Counted from the stretch's first letter, positions 1 to 32,663 are shown. The stretch is 51,514 nucleotides of DNA from Chromera velia (GCA_018398765.1 JAHBMJ010000284.1:1-51514); one strand, 5' to 3'. The notes: generated from the sequence alone by a model not told the origin. A program made the numbers and translations.

Positions 1-160
1 AAAGGAAAAGACAAAGGAACAGAGAAAAGAAGAAGGAAGAGAGAAAGAAAAAAACAATGAATTTCAAAGAGAGAGAGAAAGAGAGAGGAAGAGTGACAAA
101 GAGAAAGCCAGAGAGAGAAACGGCCAGCACCTAGGGCCAGCACATACACAACCTACTGAC

Positions 161-1889
161 TTCATCTACACGAGTCAACTGGTTTCTCGCTGTTACTGCT
201 GCTGACGGCACCTGGAGCTGCATCGTGGAACCGTTGTTGATCAGAATCGTGTGAGGATCCAAACCTAACTGAACCTGTTTCTCCTTGACATCGTCCAGCA
301 CTTCTGCAGTGACGAGTCGGCGAACTTCCGGGATTGGGGTCCCCTCAGGCCCTCCACCTAGCAAGTCCCGAACAAAAGACACATTCGAGGTTTTCTGTTC
401 TTCCTCCCACTCAGCAATCAGTCTTCCCCTCTCCCGCACTTTTGCTGTTCTCTCGTCTTCCTCTCTCTCACGCATACGTTCCGCCTCTTTTCGAGCATTC
501 TCTGCCTGCTGCTCCTGCAGGAGCTTGTGGGCCTTCTCTGCTTCTTCAGCGGCCTTTTTTGCTTCTTCGACCTGCCGTTTTTCTTCAGCAGCGGCTTGTG
601 CATGCTCTTGGGCCTCCTCCTCCCCCAAATCCACTTCAATGCCTTCCATAGCTTGGGCTACTTCGTCACATGAGGCAAGTGCAGTGATCCCACTCCTATT
701 TCTTTTGACGGCTTCTTCAAACGCCTCGACGGCAACGGCATCGAGTTCATCCGTTCGTCGAATCTTGTAGATAAAGCGCTTGTAGGTTGGGCTTTCGACA
801 ACCTTTTCCGGGAGGGGGCTTCCGTGTGCCTGCAAAAAAACGAAGGTGAAGGGGGCAGAGATGCAATCAGAAAAAACGTAAAAAGGCTCTCTGACGGAAA
901 CGAGCCAAGAAAAGCAAGGAAACGAAAGAGAGAAAAAACTTAGAGAAAAAATTTAAAGGGGAGGAAGGCAAAGAGAGGGGGGGGGAGGGAGAAAGAGAGA
1001 GAGGGAGAGAGAAAGAGAGAGAGAGAAAAAGAGAGAGAGAGAACAAAGAAACAAAGAAACAGGGAAGTCCAAAAGACATGAAAGGACAACACAAAATAGA
1101 AAAGATAGAAAAAAAGAAACTGACGCCCTGAAGCTCCTGGTGGAAGGTCAGTTCGAGAGTGAGAACAGCGACTTTGTTGTACAGCAACCTCTTGTTGTTG
1201 ATGTCAGGTTTTTTGCGCAAGGCCGCCTGGGTCGCAAGGACAAACGCGTCGATTTGCATGTCCATATTGTTGCCCACTGTCAGAGAGCGTCCGTCCAAAG
1301 GAGCCTCTCTCAAGTGGATACACGTAGTCTGCAAAAGCAATGCAAAAGCAAAGGAGAATGTTCAAACATAAGTGACTGTCGCATACTGTCGCTTTCAACA
1401 CTGATTCGATTGGTCTGCAAGAGTGAATGATTGGAAACCAAATAATTGGCAGTGGGAGTCACGGTAGGACATAATCGAGAATAATCTGGAATAATCTGCA
1501 TCAGACTGTAATGCTTCACAAGGCAGGTCCTTGTCAACTAACCTCAACAAGGCAAGTGACTGAGTTGAGTAGATAAGCGCCTTTTGCGGGGCTCTCCAAC
1601 CCTCTCTTTGAGACTCGCCCTGCAAGGACGTCCTCGGCATGCGCATCAGCAACTCTCAACGCTGCGTCGCAGATCTTATCGTGCACAGTCTTCAGCCGCT
1701 TGAGGGTGGTTCTGGACAACTTGTCGCCGAGTCTCGAGTGCTCGTCAAGGAAAGTTTCGATCATTTTGTCCTTGACCTCTTCTTCGGGAATGTCTTTCTC
1801 AGATGCCACTGCAGCCTTCAGGCCAGAATAGGCAGCCTTCAGAGACATCCCGAAAACTGGGAGCTTCATGTCCCTCCGAACTGTTGAAC
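161..1889 (-). CDS. Partial multi-exon gene, hypothetical protein with an Glu/Lys/Arg-rich coiled-coil segment; continues off the left edge
   Basis: Exons 1543-1889, 1125-1328 and 161-829 are joined by GT-AG introns with matching phase 0 (LVE|TTC, LQG|AHG). A further GTCAGT donor follows at 160. Possible start is the ATG at 1869 (MKLPVFG). No family recognised. Confidence 0.7.
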
Positions 1890-2118
1890 CTGCAGAAAAA
1901 GAGTCATACAAAAACCGGGGAAAAACGACAGAGGGGACATGACAATCCACAGATAGCAGATCGGTAAATACAAATCCTACCTCATTCTTGCACGGAATCT
2001 AGACTGAGTAGCAGCTGCAGAATTCAGGACCACGTGGTCACGTATTCTTGTGAGAAAAAGATCAACATTCAAAAGAACATGTTGTCTTAACCCCTTAAAC
2101 GCATACACAGCTTTTCAG

Positions 2119-2432
2119 GCGATTTTGTCTGACTCATGGTCTTTGTAGGGATCACTGAAGCCGACACAGACCCCATTTGGGCGTTCAAAGTTATGGAAGT
2201 CATCGACGGCACCGAGGAGGATCCATGCGTCAAAGTGAAGGTGTGGTGGATGATCACTGACACCGCAGCTAAGTGGCCAAACAAAAAGTATTGCCTCGGC
2301 TGGCAGGTATGCGAGGCAGAGGATGCTGACGGAGCGAAGAAGAAAGGGGGGAAGTGGAATAAACCGTGGGTACAGTTCCTGAAAGAAGAACAAGTGTTGA
2401 TGTTTGGCCTCAACGATGAACTCTTTAGATAA
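2119..2432 (+). pseudogene. Isolated coding-like fragment (Trp-rich, beta-barrel-like), probably a gene or transposon relic
   Basis: ORF 2136-2432 reads as natural protein (PIWAFKVMEV...VKVKVWW...W). An acceptor-like ttttcag lies at 2118, but an in-frame TGA (GDFV*) sits just before the ATG and no partner exons were found. Confidence 0.3.
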
Positions 2433-4944
2433 AATTATGTTTTGCGAACGTACATTGCGAGAGAGGCAGAGAAACAAGTCAATCAGTGAATTGATGAAGG
2501 AAAGATCAGACTGAAAAAAAATGTAAATCCCAAGTGGCGAGAAGGAAAAGTGATTCTTTGCAGTGACACGGCCACAATGGCGGATTCCCATTCCGACTCA
2601 GGTAGTAGTGACAGCTCTCAGCATTCTGATTTATTTTAAAGCTTGTAACACATATGAAGCTTCCATTAAAATGGTTTTTTAGTATTATGTATGCATATAC
2701 TTCTATATATATACTAGAACTTATATACATACTAGTATATATATATATACATTTAATAATATATGGATAAATGGTTAATATATATGAATTGTTCTTCTAA
2801 AAAATATCTTTTTTAAATTGTTTTTAATTTTCTTATTGATTGATTGATTGGTTGATTGATTATAAACACATTGCCTAGCACATTGTTAGATTTGTACATA
2901 TTTTTAAAAAATGATACTATTGAAGGCAAGTTTTAGGAGAACTTGTATTTGCAGATACGTAAATTTATAGCTTTTAAGTTAATTTTACTTTAATATATTA
3001 GCATAAACAATATACACATCATGTAATCGAATCTGCTGTCAGCATATGAATCCGATTTCGAGCATAGCGACTTCTCAGCAAACTGGGCAGGGGCTGCGTA
3101 AGTACAGAGCCGCAGGCTTACCATCTCCTTATTTTTCAGAAAGAAGTAAACTTTTTCCATCTCTTTCTTTGATCGCTCTCTAACGATGGTCAAAGCCTGG
3201 TATACAGAGAAGCAGAACAGTGAGAGATGAAGCAAAGTCAAAAAAGAGAGTAGTTGTTAGACAGACACTGTCACAGAGCTGTTAGAACTTTTTGCTACTT
3301 ATAGGGGTGAAGCAGTTAAAAATTTATATTTTTTAAATATATATTGTGTGTGTGTGTGTGTATGTGAATAGGCTTTTTAAATGCCAATAAACACTTATAA
3401 ACATGTTTTTGAAGGTTGGCGCCGCAGGCGAAATTTTTTTTTTGGACCTTAATTTTTATCGTTTTTTTTGTCGGTAAAAGGAAGGCAGACTAAGGCCATT
3501 ACCGGTTACCGGCAATTGCCGGTAGACTAGACTTGTTACCAACCAGAAAAGCAACCCTGCTTTTACCATTTGTTTCATTTCTATTTCTTTGAGCCTTTGA
3601 TATGGACTGCATGTTTCTCTGTTGAACCAAAAACAATAATCGTAACTTTCAAACGTTTGTCCTTCAAGTTGCATTGTCTTATTTCAACTTGCATGGTCTT
3701 TTCTCAAAGATTTTGAAAGTTGATCAAGAGAGACTCGCAATACTCTGTATTATGAGTCTGTGCTACTAGTCCTTATATGAAAGGCTGCTTGAAAGCGGGA
3801 GAGAGATGTGGTCAGCATGTGGGCCTCATGACTGTAGTTTGCGGGGGGGGGCGGGGCGAGCCTCATAAGACAAAACGGCGACAGTGCTCTATAGGGCACT
3901 ACTAAAACACTTCAAGTTATCAGTTATTACTAAGTTATTACTTATAAACAAGATCTCCACATCAATACTCTAACAGATTATTGCTTTGTTATAGAGACTT
4001 ATTAGTGTGATTAGTAATTGAAATTGGAATAATATTTTGAATGTCTATTATGAGATCCGCTCTTGCATGCTAATAGCTAAAGTTTGGTAGTATCTATTCA
4101 AAAATTTGAAATTTAAATTTGAATAAAAAAGATTCAAAATCCATGGTCGTCCTCCCACATTTTCGAACGTGATACATGACTGCATACTGAAAAAGCTAGG
4201 TTTTGATAGGTTGAGCTAGCAGCAGTATAAAAGACTCGATCAAGAGAGCCTAATATAGCCTAATAGAAGAAACAAAATCAGGAGTAGAAAAGTTATCTTT
4301 CTGTCCGGCTGTCAGTCCATATTTCCTTAGACCAGAAGCAAAGCCGTTTCAGTCTCAAAGCTTTCTCATCGATCGATTGATTTTCAGGCTTTGTCAAGGA
4401 ATTCAATTCCCGGGCCCGTCTCCGCGCGCCGGGCGCCGCCCAGGTAAGACCGCCTCGGCCTACGCCCGACCGGGTCAACGCACGCAAAAGCTGCCAAAAC
4501 TTCCGGTATAAGTCCAAGAAAAGTTAATTTCGCTTTCCGCGGGCCATTCGCATGCACGGATCTTTCCCGGGCATGCAAGGGCAATGCATGTGGCCGATCG
4601 ATGCATGGCCGATACGTCGATCTTCCACGTTGTACAGGAACTTCAGGAAGAGATCGAAGCATGCAAAGCGTGCATCACCAACAGAACTTTCAAGCAAGTG
4701 TCTTCCAGGTCCAACGTGCGACTGTGATCCTGCAGGTTGAGCCACACAGGTGTGAAGTTTCCAGCGCTTTGCTCGTGCAAGATTGCCCCAGCTACCGGTG
4801 TTGTTTGAACCTTCGAGGGGTGTTTTGAGTTGACCTGCTCGGTACGCCACACGTTCGGGTGTGCTCAAAGGCCTAAATCAGCATACATTTTGGAAGATTG
4901 TATCGATCAGGTGAATCTTGACCGCCTCTTGCACTCTGTAGAAG

Positions 4945-6475
4945 ATGAGTGAAGGTGGTGAGGTGTTTTTGCTTTACGTGGACCCCGACAACGTTCCTCC
5001 TCCTCCTCCACCCGGGTTTGTGCAAACCCTCAGAGAGCGCAGAGCACAGGCAGAGCATGAGATGCGGCGGGATTGGGAGAGAAGGATGAGCACGGGAGTG
5101 TACGTTGTTCGGGTGGCGTCCAATGTCATGCGGTTGATGGGACGCTGTGCAGGGTCTGTGTGGCGCGTGTGTTGCAATCTGCTGGCACCCGTTGGCTCGG
5201 CAGCGCCGTACGTGTTCGATGCGATAAGCACTGTTGTAGCATGGATTTTGCTTCTTTCGTTCTTTTTGATTGAGCTTCTCCTTCGTTTCACAAGCGAAAG
5301 AGTCGAAGTTGCGAGGGAATTCATCTGCAGTAGAGTGCAGAAGGGTCTGCGGAGTGTCATGAGAGAGCAGTCACCGAAAGGTGTTGTTTGCTATTGGGAT
5401 GCCACCCCCCGATCAGGGGGTCACCCTGTCGGCAGCAGCGTGGGTGTACATGGGGACAGGGACGGGGGGAGGCAGGTATGGAGTGGGGGGTTCTGGTGTG
5501 GGGGTGAGTCGCCTCACCTGGACCCCGAGAGTCGAGCGTACAGAAGGAGAGTGCTGGAGGAAAGGCGGGAGAGAAGGGAGGGACTTGTGGCGAGAGAAGT
5601 GGAGGAGGGCAAGCGGGTTTGTCGCCGTTTGATTTTTGCATTTCGATTCGAAGTTGATGATCTGCTGGCCTCGATTGAAGAGGGAAAAGAGGTGCAGAGG
5701 GCACAGATGAATGACTTGAGGGTGAGACTTCGAGGCGCAATGGCTGCCCGACAGGAGGGTCTAGCAAGAAGCCATCCAGACATGGAAGGCATCAACGTAG
5801 AGGCCGACAGAGTGTGTGAGGGGTTCTGTCAACAGATGGAATCTCGGCTTGCTCTCCTGTGTATGGACTTGCGTGACTCCTCTCACCGTCTAGATTATTT
5901 GAACGAACAAGTGATGCACAGTCTGGACCAGCAGGCAATGTCACTGGTGGAGGATGTTAGGATTCTCGACCCTCACCTCGCAACGTCTGCTCGGCGCATG
6001 TATAGAAAGATGGCGAGTCAGACTGAGTGTGAGGTGAGCAGAGCCCAGAGGGAAGTGGAGGATTTTCAGAAGCGTGCAGGGAAGGAGATAGATAAATGGA
6101 AGATTGAGAATGCGCGTCGATTCAATGCCTGGCTGGGGGACGTTTACTCCCGTTGGTTGGAGGAGGAGAGGGCGTGGTTCGCACAGAGACTGGACGCATG
6201 GAGGAGCGAGATGCTGCGAGCCAGGGCAACAGCGATACTTCATTGGATGAATGGACTGGTGAGTGCATGGATGCGGATTATATCATCATATTGAAATACG
6301 AACACACAGAATTATGTTTTGACCCCCCTCTTCTCCCTCGTACCTCACTCGTCCGCACTCCTGTGTGTTCCTTTCCCTTTGTTGACCTCCCGTGTCCCAT
6401 CCAGCGGCTGCAATGTGATCTCTCTGCTTGTTCCTGAGGTCAAGTTTCTCTCACCTGACGTGTTGATATGTTATT

Positions 6476-6512
<37 letters not shown>

Positions 6513-7702
6513 GCAGGTGGGGGGTCTCGAGGGTCCTCCGACGTCGGGTCGGACGACGGAGCCTCCTCTGTGTACGGAAACATCAACGGAAGACTTTACA
6601 GGCTCCCCAACGTGAGGATGTTCAGCGGTTCGCTGACGTCTGGTCTCTCCAAGAGAGAACGGGACTCGTTCCCTGTCGAGAAGCTGGAGACTGAGGAAGA
6701 CGGTCGGTCAGTCAGTGAGTAAGTGAGTGAGTTTGTGAGGGCAAGCAGGTTTACAAGAGAAACTTGTCTCTGTCTAGTTTTCTCTCTCTCCATGCGTGTG
6801 TGTGCGAGCGAGAGAGAGAGAGAAAGATAAAGAGAAAGAGAGAGACTGTGAGTGTGTGTGCGTGTGTGTGTGTGTGTGTGTGTTTCCCTGTGAGGTTGTA
6901 AGTTTTCCTGCAGTGTGTGAGTGAGTGTCTCTGTCCCTAGTCTGCCCATTTTCCTTTGTCCCAACGAGTGTGTGGGCAAATTTGGGATTGAAAGCTTCTG
7001 CTTGGTACTTTGTTTTGAACACTTTTGGCGCCACCTGCCGATTTTGTTTTGTTGTTCACATCTCCTTCAGGGCCTTCTTTGATGCGGAATTCAAAGGATT
7101 CGCTCACTCATTCCATCCTTTCCTTTCTTCGCTGCTGATGAGTGATTGGTTGACTGCAGTTGCTCGAGTAGGCCGTTCTGGAGAGGCTTGGTCTACCTGT
7201 GTCTTCTGTCAGGAGCATTTCGAAGTGGGAGAGACTGTCAAGAGGTCAGCTAGGTCATTCGTTTGTCCGTGTATATTTGTTTTCTGTGTCTGACAATGAT
7301 AGAGGTATAAACAGGGGCTTGTTGTTTCTCCTGCAAGAGAGCTGTGGACGTCGTCTTCTGCAGCTGATGGGAAACTGACAGAAAACGGAGGGGCACATGC
7401 ACAGACACACACATACACATATACACGCGAGCGCGCATGCGCGCATAGACACAAATGTGCTTGAATGCAACAGGTGAGATTGTCAGACAGTATAGTGTCA
7501 ATCGCGAATGAATGCGCACGTTCTTGAACTGAGTCTCTTGCAGGCTGCCGTGCAACCACATCTTCCACGAAGCCTGCGTCGATCGCTGGCTGCAAAGGTC
7601 AGTCGATCGATCAGCGACTTGTTCGCTCTGACTCTTCCCATACTTTCTTTCTTCCTCCCTCCTTCCCTTTCTTTCTTCCTTCCTCCTTCCCTTCCTTCCT
7701 TC

Positions 7703-7737
<35 letters not shown>

Positions 7738-7742
7738 TTTTT

Positions 7743-7789
<47 letters not shown>

Positions 7790-7794
7790 CTCTT

Positions 7795-7827
<33 letters not shown>

Positions 7828-8415
7828 CGTTCGTTCGTTCGTTCTTTTTTTCTTTCTTTCTTTCTTTCTTTACTATACGACTTCACTGTTTTTCTTCTTT
7901 CTCCGCAAAAGACCTGCTCGGCATGCTGGGACAGAGACAGACAAGAGTGTGTGAAAAACCTCTCACGTGGTTCGGCTGATGTCCCTGCGAGTGATCTAGC
8001 TTGCTTCTTTGGGTCCGGTGTGTCGATCCATGTGCACACACGCCGGTGCTCGTGGTGAGAGGACAGTAGAGTTTGGCGCTTGGTTTGCACTGCCTGCACA
8101 TTCTGATGGGAACTCGTCAATCGACCCAATTGGACTTAATTGCATGCATCTCTCTCTGTCTGTCCACCTTCCTTCCTTCCTTTCTGCAGAAATACTCGGT
8201 GCCCCACCTGCCGCCATGACGCTCGGAACAACGGGGAGTCGACAGTTTCGGGAGGAATGCGGTCGTCGGGGCTGGGGGGGGCCTGGGGAGGGAGCACGTT
8301 CGGGGCCTCGAGATCTGTCTTGGAGGGTTTTGGGGGGTCGGAGGTTGGTGATGAGGTTGAGCATGAGGGGAGCAACCCTCCGGATGGGTACTCTGACCAG
8401 GACAGAGATCTGTAG
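4945..8415 (+). CDS. RING-H2 E3 ubiquitin ligase with an N-terminal predicted TM helix and coiled coil (5 coding exons)
   Basis: Exons 4945-6258, 6513-6702, 7160-7244, 7544-7597 and 8190-8415; intron phases 0,1,2,2 are all consistent. The spliced C-terminus reads CVFCQEHFEVGETVKRLPCNHIFHEACVDRWLQRNTRCPTC, a canonical C3H2C3 RING-H2. Hydrophobic segment VVAWILLLSFFLIELLL. Confidence 0.9.
7640..7870 (+). repeat. (TTTC)n / (CCTT)n polypyrimidine microsatellite in intron 4 of the RING gene
   Basis: Tandem tetramer repeats directly visible. Confidence 0.95.
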
Positions 8416-8588
8416 GGGAAGGGAAAAGTGTGAGGGGGGGAGGGAAGGGATGCCGATGAATCGAATTAAGGGAATAATCTAACTACGGGCGGACCTTTCG
8501 TGTCACTTCCCTTTTGTCGGCACGTGTAATTTAGAGAGAAAACGGGGAGATCTGTCAGTTGAGCTGCTCGGCCACCAGGATGCCTGGC

Positions 8589-9065
8589 CAGAGATGTTAA
8601 ATTGATTTAGCACTAAAGCTAAGCCAAAAAAGAGCCTTTGGCTGGCTGATTGGCTGAAGTTAGCCAAACACTCAAACATGTTTCTTACGATGCTAAATCA
8701 AAATTCATCCACAAAAAAGCTTGTTTTCTAAGGGAAAATGACCCATATAAAAAAAAAAATCTTCCCAGGGGGGGGCTTTTCCCCCCCCCCCGGCCCCCCC
8801 CCCGCCTATGCAAAGACCTGTAAAAATGGTACAGGACTTTGCAGAGGCAAAACCAATTTTTTTTTACATCTAAGTTCATTTTTTTTACTCATACAACTAG
8901 TCATACAAACAGATTCTAATAGAACATACTTACTAAAGCAAGCAATAAACAATAACCAATATACATCTAACACTTTTAGCACTAATTAGCACTAACATTG
9001 GCTAAGCTAAAAAATAACCTTTGGCTAGCTAAGCCAATGGTTAAGCCAATCATTTTACAACTCTA
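8589..9065. mobile_element. Non-autonomous TIR element (MITE), hAT- or P-like, 477 bp
   Basis: Left end CAGAGATGTTAAATTGATT versus reverse complement of right end TAGAGTTGTAAAATGATT. Flanks TGCCTGGC (8581-8588) and TACCTGGC (9066-9073) form a 7/8-matching 8-bp TSD. Subterminal repeats TTAGCACTA, CTAAGCCAA and TTGGCT occur at both ends. No convincing coding capacity. Confidence 0.75.
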
Positions 9066-9554
9066 TACCTGGCTGGATGCGCACAAGCTTGCATAAAAGA
9101 CGTGGTAGCAGAGGGCGCGCGGAGACTATACAAAGACTAGCAAACCCAGTATTTAAAAGCCCTGCCACAATTTTGCTTCAATGTCAGAGGCTTCTTAGAA
9201 AATTTAGATTCCATCCCAGGAACCATCCGACCATATGTTGATTTCATTCCGGCTAGAAGAAAGGAGTAAAAGAGATTCTCATCATCAAATGTTTAAGATC
9301 ACTGAGACTGCCTTTCGTTCAGTTTAAAATATATGTCAGATTATATACGTATGATTTTTAGTGCAATTCCGACCGATTCTGGCAATTGATGATTAATAAA
9401 ACTGTGTGTAGTAATGAAAGCTTACTTTATATAAGCCTCGCTTCAGGGCTAACTTCAGATTAAAAATGATCATGATGATTAGTATATAAAGAAAAATTAT
9501 TCAAAAATAGATCGAATGACTTCATTAGTCCATTAGCTAATAAAAAACATAAAT

Positions 9555-9583
9555 TTGAATTGAATTGAATTGAATTGAATTGA
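9555..9583. repeat. (TTGAA)n pentamer microsatellite
   Basis: ttgaattgaattgaattgaattgaattga directly visible in AT-rich intergenic DNA. Confidence 0.9.
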
Positions 9584-10719
9584 GGCAGTTAAAGCCGGTG
9601 AGCATACCACTTGGGCTCTGGCCAACTGCGAGACATGATATGCATTGTTTATTTTTGTTTATTCAAAACGTGCATGCAGAAAGAGGCAAATATAATAAAC
9701 CAGATTTATAACTCTGCCAGTGGCTTACTATAAGCGACATATATTTGTCTGCAGAGTCAGTGTAAACTGCAGCAGTAGTATAGCTAGGTCTGTGGTGACT
9801 GTATATCTAGCTCTATACATATATGACATTAGATATGACAGCACGTATTGGATACTTCACTGTCTTGTAACAGGTAGTGTCCCATGAATATGTAATTCTA
9901 GCTAGAATTCTAGCTAGGTATAATTCTTCTGGGCCAAATCCTGGTTTAATTTTAAAATCGGCGTTTATTGCATTTAATACATCATATGGTTTATAATATA
10001 AACATGCCGTATAATTGCTTTTAGAATTGACTAGCGATTTGGTTTAGCGAGCGCATGGCGGCGGCGGCTGCTGCTATACACCAAAATTGAACTTAAAGCT
10101 AGACTTAAAATATGTTTGATCAGTTAACAAAGTTCCCTCCCCGCACCCCATATAGCACATCGGTCTGACAATTAATGTATGAGATAATAAGATATTACTC
10201 TAGATTTATACATTACATCAATTTATTGAATTTAATATAGCCTTAGTACAAACGAACCATGCAACCATGATTATTGCCGTGGCGGCAATGATATAATGAT
10301 GAGAGCTATAGGTAACGTAGTACATAAGGAAGCATTCAGGTTAGGATCTTAGATCTAATCTAGGATCTGATATCAGTAATCATATCACTGGCCAGACAAA
10401 ACAGTTAAATAAACATGTGGACTCGATTTACAAACTGAAAGGCGTAGTGAAAGGCATAAATTGCCATCATGATAAAAGATACATGTACATTGATGCATAT
10501 TACTGAATATATTAGAGCCTAAAAAAGCCAGGCTTGGAGTATTAGAGAAAGCTAGGCTTGGAGTAATAAATTATGAAAAACAAAAACGATAAAAATTGCA
10601 ACAAGAGAATTTATTTCGTCAACAGGGACCACTCAATTCATCAATATGCCTGTGAGCGTGAACAAAGATCGAAATGAACCAATCTTGAGCGCAAGACCAG
10701 GCCGTATGAATTCAAACAA

Positions 10720-29920
<19,201 letters not shown>

Positions 29921-31219
29921 TCGTTTCGTTGATGATTTGAGATAAATGAAAGATTCGATATAGGTAGGACAAATTCACAAACGACTTTTCACAAATCAGC
30001 AGTTCATGCCAATTGATGATGCCTCCGCACCTTCTCTGGACACCTATTGTCCTTCAGCCTTCTGTCTGGAGGTGTGTCTTTCAGGATCAGGTCATCCTCA
30101 GAAGCACTGTCTCTCGTTCTTTTGTGTAGCAACAGTGGTTCTTGAGGAAAGCGACTGAAGAAAACATGTTTGAGAATTCTGGGTTAGAGAAAGACGACTG
30201 AATAAGTGAGTGTGCTGGTGCAGATCGATCGACTTTCTTTCACAGCAAAGTGTGTCTGGAATTCCAATTCAGACAGGAGGAATACAGGAGAAGTGCTAAT
30301 ATTAGCACATGCACACATGCATTTTCACAAAATGTGTCCATGCAGTGAAACACTTGAGTGCCTCGGAGGGCAACTCACCACTTTCTGAGCTTTCGAGGTG
30401 GCAGTGAGGCCCCATGCATGCAGAACCACAAAAAAGCGCATCCATATTGATGTATGGCTTTTCTTGTGATCATTTCTTCGATCCTCGCATTGAATTAAGG
30501 CACTTGCAAAAGATTTCAGTGTGTCACGTTCAAATCAAAAAGTCGTGCTTACCGATACAGATCGAAGCTGAAGTTGCAGACTATAGCATTTTTTTCAGAC
30601 TTCCGCGTTTCTGTGCGTCAATTTTCGTGGCTAAAAGAAGCAAAGCTCTTTTTTGGAGCCTCCATGAGCGCCTCCATTGCTGCTAGGATAATTAACGAAG
30701 AGGGACTCAGGGAGAGACAAGAACCTACAAACCGTGACTCCAAACACGCTCCTCCAAAGAACAACTCCGATTCCATCGTTCTTCGGACTCTTTGCATGTA
30801 GTGAAACAGTTAGACGAAGTTCATGTTGTAGGGAGACGCCGCGCCTTCTTTTGCCTTTTTTGATTAATTTATTGACAGAGTCGCGCATTTTGGAGGCGAA
30901 TCTGCGAGATAACGCTCGCTCACTCATTGAGTTTCCTAATCAACTCGGCTGTATGGCGTTTTGGCTCTGTCTCGACCTGCTGCGATGAAGTCGAAGGAAA
31001 AGCGCGCAGAGCCGTCGCCCAAAGGTGAGTGCCTCTGCTCTGCTTTCGTCATTGTGTTACTGTTCCGGGCTGTGTTTTCTTTACGTCCCGTCGTGGGAGG
31101 TTTGTGAATAGTTGTGTGATCCACTTTTCGTCAGCGAATGGTGGCGCTGTCAGTATTCGATTGCGCTCTCTGCTTCTCTTCTTTTCGCAGAAGAGAACAA
31201 AGCTGGGTTCTCAACCGGT

Positions 31220-32627
31220 ATGGAAATCCACAATCTGACAGGTCAGTCTGAAGGCAGTCAGCGACACGCAAATAAACCAAGTAAGTCCCCTTTTGCAATC
31301 CTTGCCTCTCTCCTCCTGTACTTTTGTTTCCATGCTTTCTCTCTGTCCACTTCCTTCTCCTTCGGTATGTTAGGTGAAAAAAAAAAAACTGCCGCCGTCT
31401 CCCCAGTTTCTGTGCCGCTCTGCTGTCTTAAGCTGCGTTTTCTTCTCCATTCTTTCTCTCTGTTGACTTTCGAGCAGAGGCCAGAAAGAAGAAACATCCC
31501 TCATCTGGACCGTCGAAGCAGATTTTCTTGTTTTGTATGTCTATCCACCCCTCCCACCTGCATGCCTGCCTGCAGAGCGGATGGAGACGGAGACCCTACC
31601 CAAGTTGGACGCCCTGGTGGAGGACCTGGAGGCGAACCTCGACGGAAGGGGAACGGAGGTAAGCCAGGCCTCCTGCCTGAATGTTTCCTGCTTTAAGGGA
31701 ACGGCCTGCCGCCTGACAGGGGGTGCGTGTGACGAGAGGGAATTGCGGAGAAGAGAAGACAAGAGAAGTGAAGGGATTAACGGAGCGCTGTAGAAACGAA
31801 AGCCGGGATGTGAATTTGACGTTGGCCGTGAGGAGGAAGGACGGGCTGAGAAGTTTCATGATGATGCTAGAGATCAATCCACGGAGAGGCCAGTGAGGAG
31901 CCTGGTCTTTCAGTGTGCTTGCATGTGCGAATGTGCCATCTGAAGAACTTTTTTTGTATCCATCCTCTTTGATCCCGTCCTCCTTCAAGCACCCTCCTCG
32001 ATCCTGTCTCTGTCCTCTCCCAGCCCTTCACTCTGCAGGTTGAGACCTGGCACAGGAACTGTCCAGAAAGGGTGGACGCAGGGGAACGACAGAAGAAACG
32101 GGCCCTTTCTTCTGTGCCGCCAGTTGTGTCTGCCTGTTTGACAACTGCAAACCAGCTGGCAAAGGTGCACAAGTTGGTCGACAAGGGTGCCGCAGAGCTC
32201 GTGAAGACAGACGCACAAGCGGAGTGTGACGCTTCGGCACGAGAATCCAAAGCCTCGGTGCCCAAAGACAAATGCAACAGCGCGAGGCAGAGAAGACTGG
32301 GAGTGCTGCAGAAACATTCGAATTTGTGGTCCCCACGAGAGACGGTTGCGTTTCTGCTGGTCAGTTTTTCTTTCAGTGCGCTGCTCTGAACTCCTCGTAC
32401 ACCTCTTGTCTCGTGCTGTCTGGTGACGTGTCATCTTCGCTCGTTTTTCTTGTATTAATATGTATTTGGTTCTTCTCTCCCCCCTCGGTCGTTTTGCATT
32501 CCTGGTTTCCTCCTCTCTGTCTGATGGGCTCTGCGTCCTTTGGTGTAGCCCTCAATTTGGTGACTCCTCTCTACCCTCCGTTACCAATGGACGCGCGCGC
32601 GTGTGTGTGAGTGTGTGTGTATGTGTA

Positions 32628-32663
<36 letters not shown>

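Noticed and set aside
3507..3530. Hairpin plus CTAG as a Helitron 3' end
   Set aside because: CTAG is only 2 nt from the palindrome and is followed by A rather than T; no 5' end identified
9898..9917. 20-bp palindrome CTAGCTAGAATTCTAGCTAG
   Set aside because: Low-complexity CTAG reiteration with no supporting context
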